Part shown: in pieces, positions 30,160 to 38,613 of the stretch
Position numbering within the stretch: position 1 is the stretch's first letter
Layout: each line of letters starts with the position of its first letter
Source: Terriglobia bacterium
Lineage (GTDB): Bacteria; Acidobacteriota; Terriglobia; 20CM-2-55-15
Assembly (NCBI GenBank): GCA_965198225.1
Contig: CBDAOY010000005.1
Span: 32,001 to 96,000 of the forward strand
Length of the DNA: 64,000 bases
Direction: 5' to 3'
Translations under genes and position numbers: made by a program
Notes under the pieces: generated by a model
The model's database searches: none
Seen by the model: the letters and a program-made list of their open reading frames with translations, nothing else
Told to the model about the DNA's origin: nothing

Positions 30160-32012
30160 GTAGAGTCGAAAGTGGTCGGGCCGATCGGCCCTTCCACCGT
30201 CCGCTCAATCAAACGGCTCGTGCGGTTTTCCCGCAAGCCGCTTTCCTCAGTTGCTCCTCGTTCGGAATTCGCTGTGTGGCGGCAGGTGGCGGCTTCGTTC
30301 GTACCGCGTTTGGGTCTTTCGCTAAGGGAACTATCCAAGTTCACGATATCTCCGCGTTTCCCATCGCTCGCACATTCACGACTGAGTACGGGGACTTCCC
30401 CCTCCAACGGGCCTTTTGGACCCGCCAGCGCCGCTGCTCGAAGCAACGATCCGAGACCTTATGTTTGCCGTCTCGTTCCTGAGTGTAGAGTCGAAAGTGG
30501 TCGGGCCGATCGGCCCTTCCACCGTCCGCTCAATCAAACGGCTCGTGCGGTTTTCCCGCAAGCCGCTTTCCTCAGTTGCTCCTCGTTCGGAATTCGCTGT
30601 GTGGCGGCAGGTGGCGGCTTCGTTCGTACCGCGTTTGGGTCTTTCGCTAAGGGAACTATCCAAGTTCACGATATCTCCGCGTTTCCCATCGCTCGCACAT
30701 TCACGACTGAGTACGGGGACTTCCCCCTCCAACGGGCCTTTTGGACCCGCCAGCGCCGCTGCTCGAAGCAACGATCCGAGACCTTATGTTTGCCGTCTCG
30801 TTCCTGAGTACTATTCCCCGATCCGATTCCTGACACCGCGTCGGCCGGAATTTCGCTCTCGCTTATATCCGCACCTACCGCGCAGGGCTCTAGGTCGATG
30901 TTTGTCTTCTCGGTTGCCCGCCCTTTCTAGGTCTGCGGGGTGTCTGCGGGTGCCACATCATCTCGACCTTACCTTCCGCTCGGACGATACCAGGCCTCCC
31001 TGGGTCACTCGCGTCTCTTCTCCACCGTGTCGCCCGCACACACCTTGGTGCGATGGGGTGGAACCAATGCGCCTTCGCCCCAATAGTGCGGGCTCGACCA
31101 TTCCCCATCTTTGGCCGACCGGTTCATCCTCGGGATGGCTCCCGTCGATTACGACCCGGTGGTTCTCCTCATGCCCTTCAGACCCCACCTCGCGGTGGGC
31201 GCCCTGCCCTCCAAAGTTTCCGTAGCTGGCTCCAGCTTTGCCTTGGCCGTATCCGGCTTTCGCCTTCGTGCCCGTTTAGGCATCTGCACTACCTGTCTAC
31301 ACTTCGGCCAGTGAGGCATTACCCCCACTTGTTGGATATCGACCCGTGGCCTCGGGCCGAGCGGGACTTTAACCCGCCGGAAACGCGTGCTGCCAGGCAC
31401 GCACTATTCCCCGATCCGATTCCTGACACCGCGTCGGCCGGAATTTCGCTCTCGCTTCCTGACACCGCGTCGGCCGGAATTTCGCTCTCGCTTATATCCG
31501 CACCTACCGCGCAGGGCTCTAGGTCGATGTTTGTCTTCTCGGTTGCCCGCCCTTTCGTCTGCGGGTGCCACATCATCTCGACCTTACCTTCCGCTCGGAC
31601 GATACCAGGCCTCCCTGGGTCACTCGCGTCTCTTCTCCACCGTGTCGCCCGCACACACCTTGGTGCGATGGGGTGGAACCAATGCGCCTTCGCCCCAATA
31701 GTGCGGGCTCGACCATTCCCCATCTTTGGCCGACCGGTTCATCCTCGGGATGGCTCCCGTCGATTACGACCCGGTGGTTCTCCTCATGCCCTTCAGACCC
31801 CACCTCGCGGTGGGCGCCCTGCCCTCCAAAGTTTCCGTAGCTGGCTCCAGCTTTGCCTTGGCCGTATCCGGCTTTCGCCTTCGTGCCCGTTTAGGCATCT
31901 GCACTACCTGTCTACACTTCGGCCAGTGAGGCATTACCCCCACTTGTTGGATATCGACCCGTGGCCTCGGGCCGAGCGGGACTTTAACCCGCCGGCGTGC
32001 TGCCAGGCACGC
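30160..32012 (-). mobile_element. ORF-less group II intron B nested in domain III of intron A (935 nt, split by B')
   Basis: 5' GCGTG at 32012; DV AAGCGGCTTGCGGGAAAACCGCACGAGCCGTTT; DVI ending CGACTCTAC at 30160. Removal rejoins CTGATAGT|ACTCCG of intron A. Confidence 0.88.
30485..31402 (-). mobile_element. ORF-less group II intron B' nested in domain III of intron B (918 nt, contiguous)
   Basis: Near-identical to B. Flanked by GGGGAATAGT| and |ACTCAGG, and carries the uninterrupted GGGGAATAGTACTCAGG site at 30803-30819. Confidence 0.88.
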
Positions 32013-32413
32013 ACTATCAGCCAGTCTGACTTCCGACAGGCCTTCGGGTCTTCCTCGCGTTGTTGGCTTGTCCAACCCTACAAGCTCCGCTTGAACCTGA
32101 CGGATCTCCCTTGTTCCCATGAAATCCTTGGTTGCATGCCGGCGGTACGAACCCCGGAAGCACCCCAGGGCACTTGCCATTGCGTGCCCTGCGATTCCGC
32201 CTTCCCCCTAGAGCGACAGGGTCGGCTACTTCAACCACGTTCGATTTCGGGGCTATCTTTCCGTTCACTGGTGTTCCGGCCTACTCCCTCCCTGTCTACG
32301 CTTCGCAGTGTCCGTCACCGACCACCACGCAAGACTCGGTACGTGGCTGCCGGCTAGGCTCTGCCACGGCCGCCATCTCAGGCGACTGGATCTCATGCGC
32401 TTGCAAGGCGCAA

Positions 32414-32469
32414 CGCTCATGAAACTCGACGTAGGATTCTTCGACCGGTATGGTTGCCGCTAAGTTCAT
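32414..32469 (-). CDS. Cysteine synthase 5' exon
   Basis: ATG at 32469 encodes MNLAATIPVEESYVEFHE plus CG. Joining G at 28623 gives Arg and continues in frame as FPALSLVGNT. Confidence 0.85.
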
Positions 32470-32630
32470 CGATTGAGAGGCTAATTAATCAAACAGGTAA
32501 AGAATCAGTGTACCGCAAAAATCGGTGGGTTCTCGCGAGGGACGAGGATGAACCCGTTCAACGAGTTCCGCATGCGAACAGGGAGGTAGGAATCTGTGCC
32601 TGTTTCAATCCCTTCCTTTCCAGCTACTTG

Positions 32631-33527
32631 TCACTTCTTCGGCACTAGCTTTCCCAGATTCTGCGCGCGAACGTCTGCGAAGTAGATGTTCCCGCCGGCA
32701 TCCATCGATACCCAGTGTGGCCGGCCGAGGCCGCCGATCACATCCAATTTCTGGCCGGAACCGTCCACGATCGTAATCGAACCGCCGTTGGCGTCGGCAA
32801 CCAGCAGGATGTCTTCTTCAGTGATGTGGAGACCGTAAGGCGTGCTGACGTCGTTCCACTGGTCGAGATACGTGCCCTGTTGGTCAAAGATCTGGACGCG
32901 GCCGTTCTCGCGGTCGCCGACGAGCACACGGCCCCGAGAGTCGATCACGATCGAATGCGGCAGATCGAACTCGCCCGGTCCTGTCCCTTTACTCCCCCAG
33001 GACTTCAAGAACTTGCCGTTTCGATCGAATTTCACGACTCGCGAGTTTCCGTATCCATCACTGACAAAGAAATCTCCGTTCGGCGCCACGGCGACATCGG
33101 TCGGTCGGTTGAACGTGTCGGGACCATCGCCAGTCACGTCGCGTTGACCCAACTCGAGGAGCAGTTCACCGTCTGGGCTGAACTTCATCACCACATGTCC
33201 CTGGCCGTCGGTGGCCCAGATGAATCCATCGTCATCGACGCGGAGTCCATGGGCCCATTTGAACAGACCATCGGCCCAGCCCTCGATGAACCTTCCGGCC
33301 GCATCGAGCACGACGATGGCTGGATCGACGCGTTGCATCGCAAGGATACGGCCTTGACGATCGACGGACACCGACGAAACCGGCCCCCACTCCATGCCCT
33401 CTCCCAGCTCGACCCAATCGGAGGCCACCTCGTAGGAAGGTGGGTTCTGGGCGAGCAGGAAGGGAAGGACCAGTAACACCAGCACGAAACTGGCAACCCA
33501 ATATCGACGCATCAGCGCACCTCCCAT
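32631..33527 (-). CDS. Secreted NHL-repeat protein (PAL-like beta-propeller)
   Basis: Signal peptide, HGLRVD, FNRPTDVAV, DGYGNSRV, FDLPHSI, DRENGRVQIF. Confidence 0.9.
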   Translation of the reverse strand: MGGALMRRYWVASFVLVLLVLPFLLAQNPPSYEVASDWVELGEGMEWGPVSSVSVDRQGRILAMQRVDPAIVVLDAAGRFIEGWADGLFKWAHGLRVDDDGFIWATDGQGHVVMKFSPDGELLLELGQRDVTGDGPDTFNRPTDVAVAPNGDFFVSDGYGNSRVVKFDRNGKFLKSWGSKGTGPGEFDLPHSIVIDSRGRVLVGDRENGRVQIFDQQGTYLDQWNDVSTPYGLHITEEDILLVADANGGSITIVDGSGQKLDVIGGLGRPHWVSMDAGGNIYFADVRAQNLGKLVPKK

Positions 33528-33543
33528 GTTACTGATTACTGAG

Positions 33544-33811
33544 TGTAGGTGCGCTCAATCAAGCTGTGAACGAATTATGGGAACGGAAAATCGGGTGGCG
33601 GGGTTTTTCACGTGTAGATGCGGTCTATGACCGCACAGCTTGTGGTCCCGCGGACATTTGTGCGGTCATAGAGCGCACCTACACTTGAGGCTCGCAGGTT
33701 CTTCGTGAAAAGCCCCGCCACCCGATTCTCCAACGAATGACATTCGTTCACAGCTTGTATGAGCGCTCATGTTTCGGTTCGAAGAGTGTGCGGTCATAGA
33801 CCGCACCTACA
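33544..33811. repeat. Nested REP structure: REPIN interrupted by a 198-bp TIR element that contains another REPIN
   Basis: Outer REP is split as GTAGGTGCGCTC|...|TATGAGCGC. Perfect 16-bp TIRs at 33560-33575 and 33742-33757, inner 24-bp IR, central REPIN at 33613-33683. Confidence 0.8.
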
Positions 33812-33816
33812 CTTCT

Positions 33817-34686
33817 TCAGCTGACTACGGTTTTCGCACAGCGAAAACCGAGCGTCACAGTCCGCAGTGAGGGTTTCGTGTAGTTCCGGTAGTTCACCGT
33901 GAGCATCCGGCTGTCGGGATCGCCCCAGCTGCCGCCCCGGAAGACGCGGTAGACGCCTTCGGCTGGGCCCTGCGGATTCTCGTCGGGACTGACGGCGTAG
34001 TACCCTCTCTCGTACCAGTCCGAAACCCATTCGCTGACATTGCCGGTGGCGTCGTACATTCCGAATCCGTTCGGGGGCAGAGATCCGACCTCGACCGGGC
34101 CGCCGGGCCAGCCAAAGTGCGCCAGAGTCGTCCGCTCGCCGCGTCCGCTCTCTTCGAAGTCGGCCGTATCGGCGACTTCGAAGTCGTCTCCCCAGGGGTA
34201 GTTCTTCCGGTCGAGGCCGCCGCGGGCAGCCCGTTCCCACTCCGCCTCAGTCGGTAGGCGCTTGCCAGCCCAGCCACAATAAGAACTGGCCTCGTCCCAG
34301 TTGACGTTGTAGGCCGGGAATCGCTCCCGACCCGCCGGAACCGCGCCCTCAACCCAATGGTAGGGAGCCGCTCGTCCGGTCGCCTCGACGAAGGCGGCAT
34401 AACGCTCGTTGGTCACTTCGTACTCGTCGATGTAGAACGAGTCGATGAAGACCAGATGAGCGGGCTGGTCATCCATCCGGGGCCGTGCCCGCCAGTTCAA
34501 CTCATCGAGCAGGTTTCGGTGGACCCGGCCGAGCCAGAATTCCCCGGCGGGAATGCGAATCATTCCGGGTTCGGCTCGTTCGGCCGGTTCTGGCTTGGAA
34601 GGTGTCTGCGCAGGGAATGGGGCAGCACTGGCGACGAAAAGAATCGCGGCAGCGAGGATTGCGAACGGCCCTCCGGCTCGACTCAT
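33817..34686 (-). CDS. FGE-sulfatase (SUMF1-like) domain protein, secreted
   Basis: EVTNERY, RLPTEAEWERAARGG, NGFGMYDATGNVSEW, RGGSW, GFRCA. Start probably MSRAGG at 34686. Confidence 0.9.
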   Translation of the reverse strand: MSRAGGPFAILAAAILFVASAAPFPAQTPSKPEPAERAEPGMIRIPAGEFWLGRVHRNLLDELNWRARPRMDDQPAHLVFIDSFYIDEYEVTNERYAAFVEATGRAAPYHWVEGAVPAGRERFPAYNVNWDEASSYCGWAGKRLPTEAEWERAARGGLDRKNYPWGDDFEVADTADFEESGRGERTTLAHFGWPGGPVEVGSLPPNGFGMYDATGNVSEWVSDWYERGYYAVSPDENPQGPAEGVYRVFRGGSWGDPDSRMLTVNYRNYTKPSLRTVTLGFRCAKTVVS

Positions 34687-34691
34687 GGTAG

Positions 34692-36098
34692 CTACTCGAA
34701 CAGCTCGGCGATCTCGTCGGTGGCGATGGGCTGGCTCTGTGCCAGACCGAAAGCGTCGACGTAGTCGTAGGAGCGACCCGATGGCGTGTCTTCGATGCTC
34801 TTGAGCCAGTCGATCCCGAGGGCGGAGTAGATCGACGCAACGGTATTGTCCATGGCCGGCTGTTCGAAGTGCTTCCAGCCCGTGTCGATACACTTCGAGC
34901 AATTTTCGTTGGTCTTGCCGATGATCCGGCCACCCTTGACGCCTCCTCCGGCGAAGAACGTCGTGTAGGTGTCTCCGTAGTGATCCCGTCCCCGAACCGC
35001 GTTCATGGCCGGCGTTCTGCCGAATTCGCTGGCCGCCACGATCAGTGTCTCATCCAGCATCGTCTTGCCCTCCTCGACACCCGGCATCGAGGCCAGGTCG
35101 TCGAGCAGGCTCGTGATCCCCTTGTCGAATCGGTTGCAGGTGAAGTAGTGGTTCCTCGGGTATCGGTCGTGATCGAAGATGTAGCTGTGGTGATCCCATT
35201 TGTCACCGTCGTAAACGTACACGAAATGGGTGCCGGCATCGGCGGCCAGGACGTTCTTCGCCAGGATCAGCCCCAGACCGTACTCGTCGCCACCATACCT
35301 TTCGCGCTCGGCTTCGCTCGTGTTGAAGACCGTCGCCCAACGCGGGTCGTTCAGCAGGCCGTAGGCTTCCCGATAGAAAGTCCTGTAGTCGGACGTCTTT
35401 TCGCCCAGCGACGCGCGTTGGGCGGCGGAGACTTCGGCGAGTTCGCCCAGCAGCGTCCAGCGTTCGTCGAGCAGGGTGTCGACGCCTTCCCTGTTCCCGC
35501 GGAAGGCTTCGAAGACCGTCGTCGGATCCAGATCGAGGGCCGTGAACTGGGCCGGAAACAGCCCGGAACCGATCGAGCCTGCCCGCGCCCGGGTCAGCCC
35601 GGTGCTGACGTAAGTGGGAAATCGATCCGTGTCGCGGCGGAGGGGATCCAACTCTGTTGCGATGACGCTGCCGAAAGCGGGAATCTCTTTGGCCACGGCC
35701 GGGTTCAGCGCACGACCTGCCTGGGTGTGGTACTGGCCCTGGAAGTGGATGCGCTCGGGCGACCACATCGAACGCACGAGCGACACCTGATCCATCTTGT
35801 CGATGAGGGTCGGAAACAGCCGCCTAGAGAGAGACAGCTCCGAGGACACCTGCTCGACGTCCAGGTCCCTGGGGGTGAACCTGGTCTCCTTGAAATCCCA
35901 GCATTCCATCGGGCTGATCGCCCCACCCATCTCGATAAAAATGCAGTTCCGTGCCGTTCCGCGCGGGTTCGCCCGACCCTGGGCTCGTACGTTGAGGGGC
36001 CATATGAGGCGATCGACCCAGGTCGCGGCAAGAGCCGCGCCCCCCCACTGCAGTACTTCTCTTCGAGTCGGAATCAGGTCCCTGAGCTGGCGTTCCAT
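34692..36098 (-). CDS. DUF1501 family protein (Tat-like signal)
   Basis: TRREVL, IFIEMGGAIS...WDFK, WDHH, SEFGRTP, GRDH, AGGGVKGG. Confidence 0.88.
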   Translation of the reverse strand: MERQLRDLIPTRREVLQWGGAALAATWVDRLIWPLNVRAQGRANPRGTARNCIFIEMGGAISPMECWDFKETRFTPRDLDVEQVSSELSLSRRLFPTLIDKMDQVSLVRSMWSPERIHFQGQYHTQAGRALNPAVAKEIPAFGSVIATELDPLRRDTDRFPTYVSTGLTRARAGSIGSGLFPAQFTALDLDPTTVFEAFRGNREGVDTLLDERWTLLGELAEVSAAQRASLGEKTSDYRTFYREAYGLLNDPRWATVFNTSEAERERYGGDEYGLGLILAKNVLAADAGTHFVYVYDGDKWDHHSYIFDHDRYPRNHYFTCNRFDKGITSLLDDLASMPGVEEGKTMLDETLIVAASEFGRTPAMNAVRGRDHYGDTYTTFFAGGGVKGGRIIGKTNENCSKCIDTGWKHFEQPAMDNTVASIYSALGIDWLKSIEDTPSGRSYDYVDAFGLAQSQPIATDEIAELFE

Positions 36099-36137
36099 TT
36101 GATCGTTCCTCGTCCAGCAGCCCGTGGCGGAAGGCTG

Positions 36138-38024
36138 CTAGTGGTTCAGGATGAACTCCACACCGTTCAACAACGCCCACTGAAGGTTTTCGGCTCCACG
36201 CCTGCGGTCGCGCTCCATGTGTTGGAGAGAGACTTCCCTTTCGGCTGGCGTTGGGAAGCGACCCAGACTGGCCAGGAACAGCTCGTCGACAATATCCGCG
36301 TCGGCCTTCTCCGATTCGACGAGCCTCTGAACCCGACTGTCATCGGACGCGAGGACTCGATCGTTCACGATGGCCGAGTCCATCAACAACAGCGCCTGCA
36401 GTGTGGACGCCTTGTTTCCGATAGGGGGCGGCGTCGACCGATTGCTCTGAAAGAAGCTCTGCATGATGTTGGTGATCATCGCCCCTTCTGTGCTCCTGCG
36501 GCCGACGTCACCGGGACTGGCCATCTGCTTGACGCGAGTGACCGGCATCCCGGAGAACGTGAAGTTGCCGGGCCGCCCGGTCGCCTGCGCAATCGAATCG
36601 ATCACTTCCGGACCGCTCAGGACACGGATGAGCTTCCGCGAGTAGTAGGACGCGTAGGAGTCCCGCCATTCGCCGCTGAACTGCGACGAAAGCTGGTACG
36701 CGCTGGACTTCATGATGGTGCGGATGACGTGCTGGACACTGTGGTCGTTCGCCCCGAAGTCTTCCGCGAGTGCCTCCAAGAGTTCGGGGTAGGTCGGCTG
36801 GATGGTCCAGGGCGCCGGCGGCGGGTTGTCCGGATCGAGCCGGTCGAGGTCGAACGAGTCATAGGGCTCGACGAAAGCCAGCGTCATCAGGCGACCCCAC
36901 ACGAGGTTGACCAGCGCGCGTCGAAACTGCGGATGAGTCGTGATCATCCGGGCGAATTCCTCACGCGGGTCGGCTTCGGTTCGTGCTTCTTCGCCCGTCA
37001 GGACGAAGGCGGGCTGATATTTTCCGCCGTAACGCGGATACTTCGTGATGCTGTCGGTGATCCAAGGCGCGTCGAAGGCGGTGTCGTAGCCTGCAGCCAT
37101 CTCGTCAAAGACCATGTCGGAACCGGAGTTGTTCCTGCTCCGTTCGTCCCATGCCGCAATCATCCGGATGTTGCCCAGGAACGCCGCCTGCCGGAAGAAC
37201 TCCTGGCGTGTTTTCCGGGAAAGGTAGAGGTTGATCGGCTCGAGGTGTCCGGCACCGTCGTGGCAGGAAATACAGCTGATGTTGATGCCCAGGAACAGAC
37301 GGGTCACGTCCACGTTCATGTCATCGATGCTGTCGAGCCGGTTCAGCTGGGCATAGTCATCCGGCGTCCTCGGCAGCTGGTTCGTCCCGCTGTAGCTGCG
37401 CGCGAGCACACCGAGTTGGGGAATCGTGCTATGGCTCTTCGCGACGCCCGTGAGCAGGTCCGTGACGACGTCGGTGTAGGGCCGGTCGACCCGCAACCAT
37501 TCCTTGTTCCAGTAGTGGAAAGCGTTCTTCCCTTTGCCGGTCGGACCTGTCAGGCGAAACAGATCGCCCCAGAACCACGCCCACTGCTCGGCGAACTCGG
37601 CGGTCCCGATGAGGGAATCGATTAACCGATCCCGCTTGTCGGGGTCTGCACTCGCCACGAATTCGAGAACGGCTTCAGCGGGAGGCAACAAACCGGTGGC
37701 ATCGAGGTGTGCGCGGCGAACGAACTCGAAATCGTCAGAAAGACCCGAATGCGGAACGCCGTCACGCTCGATCCGTCCGAAAATGTAGTCATCGACAAAA
37801 TTGTTGTGCGGTATTTCGGACGAACCAGTCGACACCGGCAACGCGCTGGCCATCGCGTCGGTGAAGCCGCTTTCCTCTTCTACCCTGTCGGGCCCTCGTC
37901 CCAACAGGCCTTCATGCGCCTTCTCGATCCGTTGTTCCTGGCCCGGTTTCCGGGGTGGCTTCTGCTGGGCGAACAAAGCCACGCCGAGCAAAGAAAAGAT
38001 CGCCACCATCGCAACGGTTTTCAT
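36138..38024 (-). CDS. DUF1549/DUF1553 (PSCyt2/PSD1) protein with a CxxCH motif
   Basis: NFVDDYI, EFVRRAHLDATGLLP, FLGINISCISCHD, QALLLM, WALLNGVEFILNH. Start probably MKTVAMV at 38024. Confidence 0.88.
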   Translation of the reverse strand: MKTVAMVAIFSLLGVALFAQQKPPRKPGQEQRIEKAHEGLLGRGPDRVEEESGFTDAMASALPVSTGSSEIPHNNFVDDYIFGRIERDGVPHSGLSDDFEFVRRAHLDATGLLPPAEAVLEFVASADPDKRDRLIDSLIGTAEFAEQWAWFWGDLFRLTGPTGKGKNAFHYWNKEWLRVDRPYTDVVTDLLTGVAKSHSTIPQLGVLARSYSGTNQLPRTPDDYAQLNRLDSIDDMNVDVTRLFLGINISCISCHDGAGHLEPINLYLSRKTRQEFFRQAAFLGNIRMIAAWDERSRNNSGSDMVFDEMAAGYDTAFDAPWITDSITKYPRYGGKYQPAFVLTGEEARTEADPREEFARMITTHPQFRRALVNLVWGRLMTLAFVEPYDSFDLDRLDPDNPPPAPWTIQPTYPELLEALAEDFGANDHSVQHVIRTIMKSSAYQLSSQFSGEWRDSYASYYSRKLIRVLSGPEVIDSIAQATGRPGNFTFSGMPVTRVKQMASPGDVGRRSTEGAMITNIMQSFFQSNRSTPPPIGNKASTLQALLLMDSAIVNDRVLASDDSRVQRLVESEKADADIVDELFLASLGRFPTPAEREVSLQHMERDRRRGAENLQWALLNGVEFILNH

Positions 38025-38178
38025 AGATGTCTCCACGACGCGTCCTCCCGAAACCAGACGCAGCCGGTCGCTGGAAACACACCGGCCGCGGCCAGGGTCA
38101 CTGGGCTGAAAACAATTTAACGCACTCACGATAAAGGGTTTGCTGTAACGAGTCAAGAAAAGGAGAACGGAAGGAACA

Positions 38179-38418
38179 TCAGATTCTGACGACGCGCCTG
38201 AACCCGGCCCAAAACCTCTGCCAGTAGGACACTTCGAGATTGATGAAACCGTCCTCTTCGTCCAGTTTGTAAGCGCGCTTCTTCGCGAGCTGCTTCACGG
38301 TGTCGTGGTAGGCAAACACCTTGCAGTGGACACAGCGCATGAGAGGGATGTGGACTTCCAGAACAGGAAGGAACAGGTGATCGGTTGATTTGCAGATCGC
38401 CGAGTGTTGCATGTCCAA
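38179..38418 (-). CDS. Small hypothetical protein with Cys/His (possible Zn ribbon)
   Basis: 79 aa containing ICKSTDH and RCVHCK. Confidence 0.45.
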   Translation of the reverse strand: MDMQHSAICKSTDHLFLPVLEVHIPLMRCVHCKVFAYHDTVKQLAKKRAYKLDEEDGFINLEVSYWQRFWAGFRRVVRI

Positions 38419-38613
38419 GGCGACACTCTATCCGCAGGGCGGGCCAGATTCGGACCCGGCCAGGGGAGGCGCTGCAGAGTTGTCGAGCTGCCATCGCGGT
38501 ATCTTTGAGTCGGGCCCCAAAACGCGCAGTTTTTGCGTCAGGACGGGCGAATTATTCGCCAGGACGGATGGATTAAAGGTAAGGCTCCGACCGCCGATCT
38601 AACCCTTAGAGAT

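Larger units (their letters stand above)
28624..32413 (-). mobile_element. Group II intron A (RT-encoding, no endonuclease; 1937 nt after removing nested introns)
   Basis: 5' end TTGCG at 32413; DV GAGCGCAGTGCGGGAAATCCGCACGCTGCGTTC; DVI ending ACCCGGT at 28624. Predicted EBS1 CGCUC (32211-32215) pairs with the exon end GAGCG. Removal restores the reading frame. Confidence 0.93.

Noticed and set aside
30160-32012. Simple tandem duplication, CRISPR-like array or DGR template/variable repeats next to an RT
   Set aside because: There are no spacers and no adenine-specific mismatches. The breakpoints coincide exactly with intron termini and an EBS1-complementary site, and the RT is a typical group II maturase followed by DV/DVI.
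30009-32422. Many ORFs called within the intron RNA region (e.g. 31053-32357, 30040-30807, 30416-31225)
   Set aside because: They are antisense or chance frames across structured RNA, repeated with the duplication, and have no protein motifs.
34869-37625. 918-aa plus-strand ORF, and similar long shadow ORFs at 5594-6976, 51840-53315 and 55345-56760
   Set aside because: These are antisense shadows of well-supported genes, typical of high-GC DNA.
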